Translations under genes and position numbers: made by a program
Assembly: GCA_965242965.1 (NCBI GenBank)
Contig: OZ251518.1
Location: forward strand, 1,440,001-1,504,000
DNA length: 64,000 nucleotides
Reading direction: 5' to 3'
DNA from: Candidatus Poribacteria bacterium
GTDB lineage: Bacteria; Poribacteria; WGA-4E; WGA-3G
Shown here: in pieces, positions 10,033 to 20,300 of the stretch
Numbering within the stretch: position 1 is the first letter of the stretch
Layout: each line of letters starts with the position of its first letter
Notes under the pieces: generated by a model
Database searches by the model: none
Told to the model about the DNA's origin: nothing
Seen by the model: the letters and a program-made list of their open reading frames with translations, nothing else

Positions 10033-10509
10033 TTAAGGCATCCCTCCCAAAGAGTCAAGAGGTGTCGTTAATTCTGGCGTGGGTAAGCCAAATTCACGAT
10101 TAATCTGAAGAATCAAACCTAACTTATTAGGATTGGCAAGGTGCAGACAATTCCATGTGAGAATCACGTCTACCTCATGAAACGAGGCAACTGCCAAGTG
10201 AAGCGCATCACCTGTTGGGTCTTGAGGCATTATCCCCCTCCCAATATAAGTTTGCGCAATCTGAATAATTTCCACAGTGATCGGCAACATCTCAACGGAT
10301 TTGAGCAAGTTAATCCTATCTTGCGTCGCCGCGCTTTGCCCGCGTCTGAGCTCCAAAATGGTAGTCGCACTTGATGTGAGGATAAAGCGATTCGCGTATA
10401 CACTCCACCACTGACGCGTCAACCTTTTTCGAGTAAGAGCGGCTTCGCTAGTCCGCAAAGTGTAATAGTTACTGGGAATTGATGTCTCAATGTATATACG
10501 TTTTCGCAT
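10033..10509 (-). CDS. PIN-domain (VapC-like) protein
   Basis: IYIETSIPS N-terminus, ..LEL.RG, DALHLA.AS.H.VD..LTWNC.HLAN acidic PIN signature. Confidence 0.85.
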   Translation of the reverse strand: MRKRIYIETSIPSNYYTLRTSEAALTRKRLTRQWWSVYANRFILTSSATTILELRRGQSAATQDRINLLKSVEMLPITVEIIQIAQTYIGRGIMPQDPTGDALHLAVASFHEVDVILTWNCLHLANPNKLGLILQINREFGLPTPELTTPLDSLGGMP

Positions 10510-10520
10510 GGTTGCAACAA

Positions 10521-10549
10521 ATTATACCTTAAAAAAATTTAATTGTCAA
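10521..10549 (-). promoter_or_regulatory. Consensus sigma70 promoter for the PIN gene (near-leaderless transcript)
   Basis: Minus strand TTGACA-N17-TATAAT; -10 ends 11 nt before ATG 10509, no SD sequence. Confidence 0.75.
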
Positions 10550-10582
10550 ATCCAGTGCCATCTCGTCCAGAACTATTTAGTT

Positions 10583-10975
10583 GAGGGTGTTTCATAAATA
10601 CCGATAGAAAAACGAGGGAGGACCGCGCATCGGGCTCACTCTGTAGTTCGGGATCGCCCGATCCCGAACAGGTCAGGATCAGGCGATCCTGACCTACAGG
10701 GGTGACGAGGTCTGCGAGCAAAACGCATGGCGAGGGAAACCCGCTCGCATGCGCGTGTGGAAACCTGCGAGGGACAGGCCCTCGTTCTACGGTGAAGTGC
10801 CGTTTTTTCACCGTAGCGCGGGGGCCTGTCCCCCGCGATCGTTGGAGTGCGCGAGCGATGGCGAGGGAAACCTCGCATGCGCGTGTGGCATCCGAGGGCC
10901 CAAGCCCTACGATGAAGGGGCCCTATTGCATCGAGACCGGGAGGTCTCTCCTACACGGATTTATGAACCACCCTC
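10583..10975. mobile_element. TIR-bounded REP cassette (MITE-like)
   Basis: Left GAGGGTGTTTCATAAAT (10583-10599) and right ATTTATGAACCACCCTC (10959-10975) are 16/17 inverted repeats enclosing only REP hairpins; no obvious TSD. Confidence 0.7.
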
Positions 10976-10996
10976 CGTTAAACTCACCTAAGACTT

Positions 10997-11025
10997 TTGA
11001 CAAAAAACACTTTTTTTGGTATCAT
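10997..11025 (+). promoter_or_regulatory. Sigma70-type promoter for the methyltransferase gene
   Basis: TTGACA-N17-TATCAT followed by AAGGAG SD and ATG 11049. Confidence 0.7.
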
Positions 11026-11048
11026 TTTTCCCATAAGGAGAATTAACA

Positions 11049-12503
11049 ATGCTAATCATGCCTGAAATGAATAGCCTCCACTACGGCGATAACCTCCATA
11101 TCATGCGCACATGGCGCGAGGGATGGGTAGACATCGCTTACGCGGATCCGCCGTTTAACAGCAAGGCGAACTATAACCAACTCTATCGCGTTGAAACCGA
11201 GACAAACCAAGGCACCCGCTCCGCCTCCCTCAAAGCGTTTGAGGATACATGGACATGGGGCGCGCCCGCGGTTGAACGCATTGAACGCATTAAAAATGCC
11301 CCGGCGCATCCCGCCTATAAAGCCATCACCGCGCTTCATATCCTCCTCGGAGACAGCGGCATGATGGCATATCTCAGTTATATGGCGGAACGCCTCGTCG
11401 AAATCCATCGCCTCCTCAAACCCACAGGAAGTCTCTATCTCCATTGCGATAACACCGCGGGAGCGCATCTCCAGATTTTGTTGGACGACATCTTCGGTCC
11501 CAAGCAGTTTCGGAATGCGATTCGATGGTGCTATTCCAACAGCGGCCGTTCAAAACGGTTCTTCGTCAAGAAGCACGATACCATCCTCCTCTACACCAAA
11601 ACCGACGCGGCGTATTGGGGAGATTACCGGATACCGATTAGCGACGAATATCTGGAAAGTCATTATCGGCATGTTGACGAACAAGGACGCAGATGCCGCG
11701 TTCGCGTTGACGCAGGGCAAACGCGAGTCTACTATCCCGAAGAGGGAATGACGTGCAACGATTGGTGGACAGATATTCCATCACTGAACTCTGTCGCGAA
11801 GGAGCGGCTGGGATATCCGACACAGAAGCCGGTCGCGCTGTTAGAACGCATCATTGCGGCCTCATCGAGAGAGGGAGACATTGTGCTAGATCCGTTTTGT
11901 GGCTGCGGCACGACAGTCGTCGCGGCGGATACCCTGAAGCGGCAGTGGGTTGGCGTGGACATCAACCCGATTGCGCTGGATATTATCAAGACGCATCGGT
12001 TTCCGGGACGTGACATTCCTATCACGGGCATCCCTGCGGATTTTGCGAGTGCGGAACGGCTAGCACAGGAAAATCGTCGTCATTTTGAGATATGGGCTAT
12101 CGGCTGCGTGCCGGGCCTCGCGCCGAACGAACGCGGCGGTGCCGATGGCGGGATTGACGGTGTCGGCAACACCGTCGAGAAACCGGGGGATGGTTTCAAA
12201 CCGCTGGTGCTTGCGCAAGTGAAGAGCGGCAAGTTTTCGCTGAGCCATCTCCGCGATTTTCTGCACGTGATAGAACGAGAGAAGGCCGCCCTGGGGATTT
12301 ACCTGACGCTGTTTCCGGTGACATCTCCGAGCGCGGCGGCAGAGATAGCCAACAAAGGCACGGTTATTATCGGCACGGAGACGTTTCCGCGTGTGCAATG
12401 CTATTCAATGTCGGAGCATTTTGATGGGCAGCGCGGCAGGTTGCAGTTGCCGCAGTTGACAGATCCGTATACGGGAAAGCCGTTGCAAAATTTGTTGTGG
12501 TAG
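11049..12503 (+). CDS. Beta-class N4/N6 DNA methyltransferase fused to a C-terminal Mrr-like restriction endonuclease domain
   Basis: YGDNL, DPPF (motif IV), YPTQKP..LLERII.ASS..GD.VLDPFCGCGT (motif I); C-terminus FE.WA, GADGGIDG, QVKSG, LRDF..VIERE.A..G. Confidence 0.88.
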   Translation: MLIMPEMNSLHYGDNLHIMRTWREGWVDIAYADPPFNSKANYNQLYRVETETNQGTRSASLKAFEDTWTWGAPAVERIERIKNAPAHPAYKAITALHILLGDSGMMAYLSYMAERLVEIHRLLKPTGSLYLHCDNTAGAHLQILLDDIFGPKQFRNAIRWCYSNSGRSKRFFVKKHDTILLYTKTDAAYWGDYRIPISDEYLESHYRHVDEQGRRCRVRVDAGQTRVYYPEEGMTCNDWWTDIPSLNSVAKERLGYPTQKPVALLERIIAASSREGDIVLDPFCGCGTTVVAADTLKRQWVGVDINPIALDIIKTHRFPGRDIPITGIPADFASAERLAQENRRHFEIWAIGCVPGLAPNERGGADGGIDGVGNTVEKPGDGFKPLVLAQVKSGKFSLSHLRDFLHVIEREKAALGIYLTLFPVTSPSAAAEIANKGTVIIGTETFPRVQCYSMSEHFDGQRGRLQLPQLTDPYTGKPLQNLLW

Positions 12504-12545
12504 TCGCTGAGATCCAATTCAATGCGGCAGAAATCCCCCCTTCAT

Positions 12546-13592
12546 CGTAGGGCGAGGGCCTGTCCCTCGCCGTGCCTCGGTCAGCACGGGAAACGGCCTT
12601 GGACGGCGGGTGGTTTTCGCGCGGGTCGGGTGCTCGCGGGGGACAGGCCCCCGCGCTACGGGCCGGGAAAGGGTTTTAGGTCCGTAGGACCTTAATGTCT
12701 ATAGTTCGCGCGGACCGCCAAGTCCTCAAGGTCTTTTAGGACCTTAATGTTTTCTGCGGCGGTGCATCTGCTGCAGATTAAGGACCTAAAGGACCTTCGC
12801 GTTTTTTTCGGTCGGCGGGTGACTATAGACATGCAGGACCTAAAGGACCTGAAGAGATGTTTTCATGGGTGCGCTCGCGGGGGACAGGCCCCCGCGCTAC
12901 GGTTTGCAAGGCCGCCTCCGTTTCACCGTAGGGCGAGGGACGGGCCCTCGCCGTGCCATCGGGTACACGAGAGATCGCGGGGGACAGGCCCCCGCGCTAC
13001 GGGCCCGGAAAGGGTTCTCCTCGTCATGCGCCGTTCAGAATCAGGTGCTCCCGAACTACAGTCTCTTATAGGTCCGTAGGACCTTAATGTCTATAGTTCG
13101 CGCAGGCCGCCAAGTTTCTCAAGGTCCGTAGGACCTTAATGTTTTCTGCGGCGGTGCATTTGCTGCCTATTAAGGACCTAAAGGACCTTAGTTTTTTTCT
13201 GTCGGCGAGGTTCTATAGACATGCAGGACCTAAAGGACCTGAAGAGATGTTTTCACAGGCGAGATCGCGGGGGACAGGCCCCCGCGCTACGGTGAAAAAA
13301 CGGCGTGCGTTACCGTAGGGCGTGGGCCCTCGCAGGTTTCTACACGCGCATGCGAGTAGGATTCCCTCGCCCAGGCCCTGTAGGTCAGGATCGCCTGATC
13401 CTGACCTGTTTGTGATCAGGCGATCACAAACTACAGAGAGAACGAAAGAAACGCCACTTGCCGATGGAGATCGCGGGGGACAGGCCCCCGCGCTACGGTG
13501 AAAAAAACGGCGTGCGTTCCCGTAGGGCGAGGGCCTGTCCCTCGCCATCGTTCGTGCTACGGGAACATCGAGACCGGGAGGTCTCTTCTACC
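12546..13592. repeat. Mosaic REP-like palindrome cluster between convergent genes, with two near-identical ~170-bp palindromes
   Basis: Palindromes at ~12678-12850 and 13070-13240; multiple A/A', D and B hairpins. Confidence 0.9.
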
Positions 13593-13633
13593 GGGGAAGC
13601 GGATGTCTATATCCGTTCCTCATGAAAGGCTTC

Positions 13634-14410
13634 TCATGCCTGAATCATCGCCCGGAAGTTCTTGGTAAATTCGCAGCTGCGCTTGATGCTCGCCACGTCC
13701 TCCATCTTATATTGGACGACGAGGGGACCCGCGAAGCCAATCTCTTTCAAGCCGCGCGCAAACGTCTCAAAATCAAACACACCGCCGCCCGGCTCACCGC
13801 GATTGCTTCCAGAGACATGCACATCGCCGAGGCATGCCTTCATCGCGTGTGCGGCGGCGTGCGGTGCCGCATCATCGTTGAAAAGGTGATACGTATCGCA
13901 GGTAAGATAAACAGGTAATCCTGTATCCTCAATGAACGCGATGCCTTCGCGGTAGTTGTCAAGTGGGCATCCCTTCTCGAACTCCAGCGCGATTTTGATG
14001 CCGTTTTCTTCACACGGGACAGTCATCCGCGACAGGTTTTCTGCGAGTGTATCCAATGATTCTTCTCGCGATGCATCGGCGGAAGGATTCACCCACACCC
14101 CGATGACATCAGACTCAAAACGGCGTGCAACTTCCAGCACAATCTCAAAGTGTTTGAGTGCCTCGTCTTTTTTGGAAGGTGTCGTCAAAATATGGTTGCC
14201 GAAGCCGATTGTCGGCGCGATGAGGTTGTGTTTCTCGGCGAGGTTGACTGCATCCGCTATGCCAGCGGGGTAGGAGAGTTCACCGAGAAATGCGGCATTC
14301 ACAGGGATGTTGATGCCTTCGTATCCCGCCGCCGCGACAAGATCGAAGATTTCGGCACGCGTGAATCTGCCTAAAGTGCCAGCGTAAGGGTCATAGCAAA
14401 CAGGTAGCAT
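13634..14410 (-). CDS. Sugar phosphate isomerase/epimerase (xylose isomerase-like TIM barrel)
   Basis: AAAGYEGI, IALEFE, CDTYHL, DVHVSGSNRG.PG.G.FDF, L.EIGF.GPL. Confidence 0.88.
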   Translation of the reverse strand: MLPVCYDPYAGTLGRFTRAEIFDLVAAAGYEGINIPVNAAFLGELSYPAGIADAVNLAEKHNLIAPTIGFGNHILTTPSKKDEALKHFEIVLEVARRFESDVIGVWVNPSADASREESLDTLAENLSRMTVPCEENGIKIALEFEKGCPLDNYREGIAFIEDTGLPVYLTCDTYHLFNDDAAPHAAAHAMKACLGDVHVSGSNRGEPGGGVFDFETFARGLKEIGFAGPLVVQYKMEDVASIKRSCEFTKNFRAMIQA

Positions 14411-14439
14411 TTTTTCTCCTTAGAAAGATTTTTGAGGGT

Positions 14440-14468
14440 ATGCTAGCATGAATGCAGTTCTGTGTCAA
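14440..14468 (-). promoter_or_regulatory. Sigma70-type promoter
   Basis: Minus strand TTGACA-N17-TAGCAT upstream of AAGGAG SD and ATG 14410. Confidence 0.55.
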
Positions 14469-14632
14469 GCCATAATTTTGAAGATACCCTCTCTTGAAGT
14501 TTACTAACCTTAGTGTTGATTTACGCAGAAGAGCCCCGTTGTCGCGCTTTGGAAACGCGATAGCGGTGACATGGTGGTAGGCACGGTTGAAAACCTCGCC
14601 TATTAATTTTTCAGACTAAAGGAGCATATTTC

Positions 14633-15106
14633 ATGAATCGCATTTTTTGGAGCGGACTTTCCGTGATTGCAATGATGCTGGCGGTTTCTGTGATGAGCAG
14701 CTGCTCTCGGACAGATGACTTGCCCCTCAGCGATAACGGCGAAGAATCTAACACCGAATTCGCGCTGGATGCGCAATATGACCGGGTGCGTTACGGTGCC
14801 CGGCTCATCTTGGCATACGATGCGCAGACGAATTCCTTCAAAGGCACCGTCGAAAACACGACAAACGCAACGCTGAAGCAGGTGCGCGTGGAAGTCCACT
14901 TGTCAAACGGAATAGAACTCGGCCCGACACCGCCGGGGGATCTCGCACCCGGTGAGACAAGAGACATCGTCCTCGTCGCAACGAGCACCGACTTCAACGG
15001 ATGGACAGCACATCCTGAAGTCGGCGGTGGCGGCGAATCCGGTGAAGGCGAACATAGCGGCGAATCGGGGGAACATACCGGCGAGCAAGGAAATGAACAC
15101 AATTAG
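14633..15106 (+). CDS. Lipoprotein with FxLYD-like Ig-fold domain and Gly/Glu/His-rich tail
   Basis: Signal peptide with lipobox (VMSSC); GTVENTT..TL.QVRVEVHL, DLAPGE; GESGEGEHSGE tail; AAGGAG SD. Confidence 0.65.
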   Translation: MNRIFWSGLSVIAMMLAVSVMSSCSRTDDLPLSDNGEESNTEFALDAQYDRVRYGARLILAYDAQTNSFKGTVENTTNATLKQVRVEVHLSNGIELGPTPPGDLAPGETRDIVLVATSTDFNGWTAHPEVGGGGESGEGEHSGESGEHTGEQGNEHN

Positions 15107-15174
15107 GAGGAAGCAAAAAGGGATGGGGGAACTCGGTTATGGGGTTTCCCTATTCCTGTATCCCTAAATTCACT

Positions 15175-15786
15175 ATGAAATTCGTATTCGCGCTTATACT
15201 GCTATTCGGGAGCGCGGGGCTTGCATACACAGCGGATGCTCCCGAAAACATCCTCAAGAACGGCGACTTTGACATGAACCTTGAACATTGGGCACCTTGG
15301 ACGCACGAGAGTGCCGACGCGCTCTTCCAACCGGAAGGCAGAAAGGCGGAACCCATCGCTGGGAAGAAAGTCGCCGCTATTGAAATTAAGAAGCCGGGCA
15401 ACGCTCTCTGGCACATTCAATTCTATCAGCAGCCTTTCACGCTGGAGAAGGGCAAGACGTATACCTTCAACCTGTGGGCGAAAAGCGAAATGCCGCGCAC
15501 CGTCAGGATGCGCATCCTCCATCAGGGTGCCCCGTGGAACGAATACGCCGTCAAGGAAATCAATCTGTCTGAAACGTGGCAGGAGTTCTTTGTCACGTTC
15601 AGCATGCCTGAGGACGATTTCAATTCGCGTGCTGGCATCATCATGGGCGGCCAGAAAGGCGATGTCTGGTTAGATCATTTCCGTCTCTATGAAGGCGAGT
15701 TTGCCAGCGACATTGAAGGCGCAGCACCACAAGCAGTCAAACCTACGGGTAAATTGACAACGACGTGGGCATCCTTGAAACTGTAG
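15175..15786 (+). CDS. Secreted carbohydrate-binding (CBM4/9-like) protein with C-terminal TWxxLK motif
   Basis: Signal peptide; NILKNGDFD, W.IQF.Q, LEKGKTYTF..WAKS, W.EF..TF, VWLD..RL; ends AVKPTGKLTTTWASLKL. Confidence 0.8.
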   Translation: MKFVFALILLFGSAGLAYTADAPENILKNGDFDMNLEHWAPWTHESADALFQPEGRKAEPIAGKKVAAIEIKKPGNALWHIQFYQQPFTLEKGKTYTFNLWAKSEMPRTVRMRILHQGAPWNEYAVKEINLSETWQEFFVTFSMPEDDFNSRAGIIMGGQKGDVWLDHFRLYEGEFASDIEGAAPQAVKPTGKLTTTWASLKL

Positions 15787-15921
15787 GGTGAAGACTCGTG
15801 GGGGACAGGCGTAAAGGACGAGTTCGTGAAGGCTATGTCGTTTTTTCTTGCAAATTCTGGCGCGAAATTGTATCATACCGGCAAGAAATACTATTGATAG
15901 AGGGACATTCACGTTTGCGGG

Positions 15922-16054
15922 CATCGAGACCGGGCGGTCTCGCCTACGGGGAGCAATCGAGACCGGGAGGGCTCTTCTACTGGCATGCATCGAGACCGGG
16001 CGGTCTCGCCTACGGGGACACCACTTGCATCGAGACCGGGAGGTCTCGCCTACC
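15922..16054. repeat. Four tandem B-type REP hairpins
   Basis: CATCGAGACCGGG.GGTCTCGCCTAC repeated four times (one degenerate). Confidence 0.85.
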
Positions 16055-16079
16055 GAGAAACATTACTAGAGAGGTAAAC

Positions 16080-16253
16080 ATGCTTGTTGAATTTGAAAAC
16101 CGCTCCGGCGAATTGGAGCAAGCGGACATGGAGATTGACGAACCTTGTCCTATCTGCTGCGGCATGCTCTTCCCGATTGTGGATTCCCAACCCGAAAGTG
16201 GGTATCGGTGTAGCAGCTGCGGACTTGTTTTTGAGTCGGTGGACGAAGAATAG
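16080..16253 (+). CDS. Small acidic zinc-ribbon protein (57 aa)
   Basis: GAGGT SD then ATG 16080; CPICC...YRCSSCG cysteine pairs. Confidence 0.7.
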   Translation: MLVEFENRSGELEQADMEIDEPCPICCGMLFPIVDSQPESGYRCSSCGLVFESVDEE

Positions 16254-16340
16254 ATAAGCGCGGCACAGCATTTCAGCTGGTAGACGCGCGCCGGTTTATC
16301 GATAATCTGAAAATTGCCAACAACAGAGAGGAATTGAATC

Positions 16341-17324
16341 ATGACAAGATGCGCACTTATCAGCGGCAGAGGAATGGGCATCATGCACGGGGGCAACTTC
16401 CATGCTCATCCCGACGCAGAAGTTGTCGCTGTCTGCGACATGGATGCCGAACTCCTCGCGAAAGCAGAGGAAAAATTTGGCGTACCGGGGTATCCAACGA
16501 TTGAAGCACTCTTAGCTAACTGCGACGCGGAGCTCATGCTCCTCATCGTCAATGAAACCCGGCGCATTCCACCCCTACGGCAACTGCTCGCCGCTGGCAG
16601 GAACGTCTTCACGGAAAAACCGCTGTGTGGATTAGAGGGACAATCTCGGCTGCGTGAGGCAGACCTGGGGATTGCGGCACCCGCTATCAAAGAGTGGCGC
16701 GCCTCCGCACTCAAGTTCGGCATCGATTTTAACTATCGCTTTATGCACCACTTCCGCAAACTGCATGACGATGCAGTGGAAGGAAGATTGGGCGAAATCC
16801 GGACCGTCCGTGCCCGGGCGCATTTCAACTGCTGGTCCCACGTGATCGATCAGATTCTTTGGACGATGGGGGTGCCGGAATGGGTCAGCGTTATCGGTGA
16901 CCCGAGCGAAGCAGGCAGTTGGCAGCGACTTATTCATATAGGCTGGGCAAACGGGGCCATCGGTTCGCTGGATGGCACAAACCTGTGGGGTTACGATGGA
17001 CATCCGTTACGCGTGATGCTCGTCGGCGATAAATCCTACGCCGAGGCGCGGGGACTTGATGGCTGGTACCGCCGCCGGGCATCGAACAGTTCTGAAGAGG
17101 AAGAACTCTGGCAAAGCGAGGAAGGCAAACCGGAGATGCCCGAATCTTTCCGCAGGATGGCAGACGGTGTCATCAAAGCGATGCATGCCGATACCCCGTT
17201 CCCGGCAGATGGCGAAGCGGCGTGGAATGAGTTGCTGTTTGAGGCGGCGGTGCATCGTTCCGCCTTACAAAACGGCGCGCGTGTCTTCCTCGCGGACGTG
17301 GAAGCCGCCGCGATGAGCCTCTAA
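16341..17324 (+). CDS. Gfo/Idh/MocA family oxidoreductase
   Basis: G.GMG..H, VVAVCD, VF.EKP, FNYRF, G.LGEI, H..D. Confidence 0.85.
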   Translation: MTRCALISGRGMGIMHGGNFHAHPDAEVVAVCDMDAELLAKAEEKFGVPGYPTIEALLANCDAELMLLIVNETRRIPPLRQLLAAGRNVFTEKPLCGLEGQSRLREADLGIAAPAIKEWRASALKFGIDFNYRFMHHFRKLHDDAVEGRLGEIRTVRARAHFNCWSHVIDQILWTMGVPEWVSVIGDPSEAGSWQRLIHIGWANGAIGSLDGTNLWGYDGHPLRVMLVGDKSYAEARGLDGWYRRRASNSSEEEELWQSEEGKPEMPESFRRMADGVIKAMHADTPFPADGEAAWNELLFEAAVHRSALQNGARVFLADVEAAAMSL

Positions 17325-17347
17325 CATGTTTACAGGAGGAAACGTTC

Positions 17348-20300
17348 ATGAAAACACGTCACTTACGTTTAACGAGTCTGATAGCGTTCGCGCTGTTGCT
17401 GACGATGGCACTGCAAATTCCCGCCGCCGAACGTCTCCACTTCGACCGGGATATTCGCCCGATTTTATCGGATAAGTGCTACGCCTGCCACGGGCCAGAC
17501 CCGGCGCAACGCCAAGCCGAACTCCGGTTGGACACGAAAGAGGGGGCATTCTCAGCACCTAGTGGTTATCCCATCATCGTGCCGGGAGAACCGGAGAATA
17601 GCGAGTTAGTCGCGCGCATCACACACGCAGATGTAGGACAGCGGATGCCGCCGCAGTCATCGAATCGCCAACCAACGCAGGAACAGATTGATACGCTCGT
17701 CCAGTGGATTGCTGAAGGTGCGGAATGGGAGGAGCATTGGGTATATGATTTGCCGGAACACGTCGAATTACCGACAGTTCAAAACAGTGCATGGTCCCGC
17801 AATCCTATTGACAGGTTTATCCTCGCAAGATTGGAAGCCGAAGGACTCAAACCTGCAGTAGAAGCAGACAAACGCACGCTCATCCGCCGACTGAATTTTG
17901 ATCTGACTGGGTTATTGCCACAACCTGCAGAGATAGATCAGTTCGTAAGGGATGAACGCCCCGGGACCTACGACGCACTCGTCAACCGCCTCCTGTCTAA
18001 ACCGCAGTATGGCGAACGGATGGCGATGTATTGGCTCGATCTGGTGCGTTACGCCGATACCAGCGGCTACCACGCTGACGAATCGGTTAACGTCTGGCCC
18101 TATCGTGACTACGTCATTCGCGCCTTTAATGAAAACATGCCGTTTGACCGGTTCACGCTAGAGAATCTCGCCGGCGATCTGCTGCCCAACGCAACGCGAG
18201 AACAGAAAGTGGCATCGGGATACAACCGCCTCAACCAGACTACTTCTGAAGGCGGCGCGCAGGCGAAGGAGTATCTCGCTATCTATGCCGCAGACCGGGT
18301 GCGCACCACGGCATCTGTCTGGCTCGGTGCAACCCTCGGATGCGCACAATGCCATGACCACAAGTTCGACCCTTATACTGCAAAAGACTTTTACAGTTTC
18401 GCAGCCTTCTTCGCTGACGTTGAGGGACCCGGGGTATATGGCGGCGGTAGCAAGTGGGCACCTGTCGTCATGCTCCCTACTGCCGCGCAACAGACTGCAT
18501 TACAAGAGATTGACGACGAACTCGCAAAATTGCGGAAGGTATTTGAAGCATCATCGCCTGCCTTGGAAGCGGAACAAGCACGATGGGAAGCAGAGATTCT
18601 CTCCCTGCTCCCCTCAACAGAACCTGCCGATTTCGCATGGGTAGATGACGCGCAGGACAACGGCGGTAGAACCGATGGTGCATGGGAATTCGTCGGCAAA
18701 CATGAGGCACCCGTTTTCAGCAAGTTACGTTCGCGCCGCCAGACAGCGAAACCGGAACAGACAATTCAGCACAGTTTCCGAGGGGTCAATCGGAAGTTCA
18801 CGCTGGACGAAGAAGACAGGCTCTTCGCCTATGTCTGGCTTGACCCGGGTGCACCGCCAGAAACCCTCATGCTCCAATGGAACGATGGAAATTGGGAACA
18901 TCGTGCATTCTGGGGTGCAGATAAAATTACCTTTGGCGGGATAGGCAAGGATACGCCTGCGCATAAACCGATGGGGCCCCTGCCGGCAGTTGGCGAATGG
19001 GTGCGGCTTGAAGTAGCACCTGCCGATGTGGGATTGGAGCCGGGGAGCGTTCTCAACGGGATGGCGTTCGTCCAGCACGGCGGGACAGCCTATTGGGATG
19101 TAGCCGGTATCGCAACCACGCGCGGCTCGGCAGTGAAACACACCCACACTGAACCTGTCATTGAAGCAATTCAGGTGGATGCCTTCGTCAGAACAACCAG
19201 CCAGAAAAAACAGATTGCCGATGAGTATCGCCGCATCGCACCGGCACTTGACGGTATTCGGAATCAGATAGCCGCATTAGCGCAACAGAAAGCCGCTATT
19301 GAAGCGGAGATTCCCTATTCGTTGACGACCGTCTCGGCTCAACCTCGCACTACTCGTGTGTTGCCGCGCGGGAATTGGATGGACGATTCGGGCGAAATCG
19401 TTGAACCGGCGATACCAGAATTCCTCGGCGATATGAAAATTAAAAACCGCCGGCCCACGCGCCTTGAACTCGCGCAGTGGGTAGTATCAAAGGACAATCC
19501 GTTGACAGCACGCGCCTTTGTGAATCGCCTCTGGGCACTTTTCTTTGGCACGGGGCTCTCCCGCGTTCTCGATGACCTGGGTGCGCAGGGGGAACCGCCG
19601 GTGCATCCTGAATTGCTTGACTGGCTCGCGCTGGAATTCATGGACAGCGGTTGGAATGTCAAGCACATCGTGAAACTCATCGTCACCTCAAACACCTATC
19701 GGCAGTCCTCAAAACCGACAGAGGTGTTGCGCGAACGAGACGCTTACAATCGATTGCTCGCGCGGCAATCCCGCTGGCGGCTTGATGCTGAGGTCGTCCG
19801 CGACACTGCCTTGCAACTGAGTGGGCTTCTTGTCCCCGAAATCGGCGGACCGAGTGTGAGGCCGTATCAGCCAAAAGGATATTATTCAAACCTGAACTTT
19901 CCGAAGCGGACGTACGTCCACGACAGCGGCGAAAGTCAGTATCGTCGCGGGCTGTATACGCATTGGCAACGCACCTTCTTGCATCCGAGTTTGATGGCGT
20001 TTGATGCGCCGAGTCGTCAGGAATGCACGGCGGAACGCCCCACTTCCAACACACCGATGCAGGCGTTGACGCTCCTCAACGATCCGACTTATGTTGAGGC
20101 GGCGCGGGTGTTTGCCACGCGCATTATCAACGAAGGTGGTGAAACGCCGACGGAACGCATTAACTGGGCGTATCAGTGGGCTTTGTCGCGTCTGCCGCAA
20201 CCGGAAGAGTTGGAAATTATGAACGCGCTTTACGAAAAGCACCGAGGCGAATTCACCGCTGAACTTGATGCTGCCGAAACGTTAGTCACAACCGGCGACG

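Noticed and set aside
15798-16079. N-terminal 94 aa of the 151-aa ORF 15798-16253
   Set aside because: Made of promoter and B-type repeat sequence; the SD-supported start is at 16080
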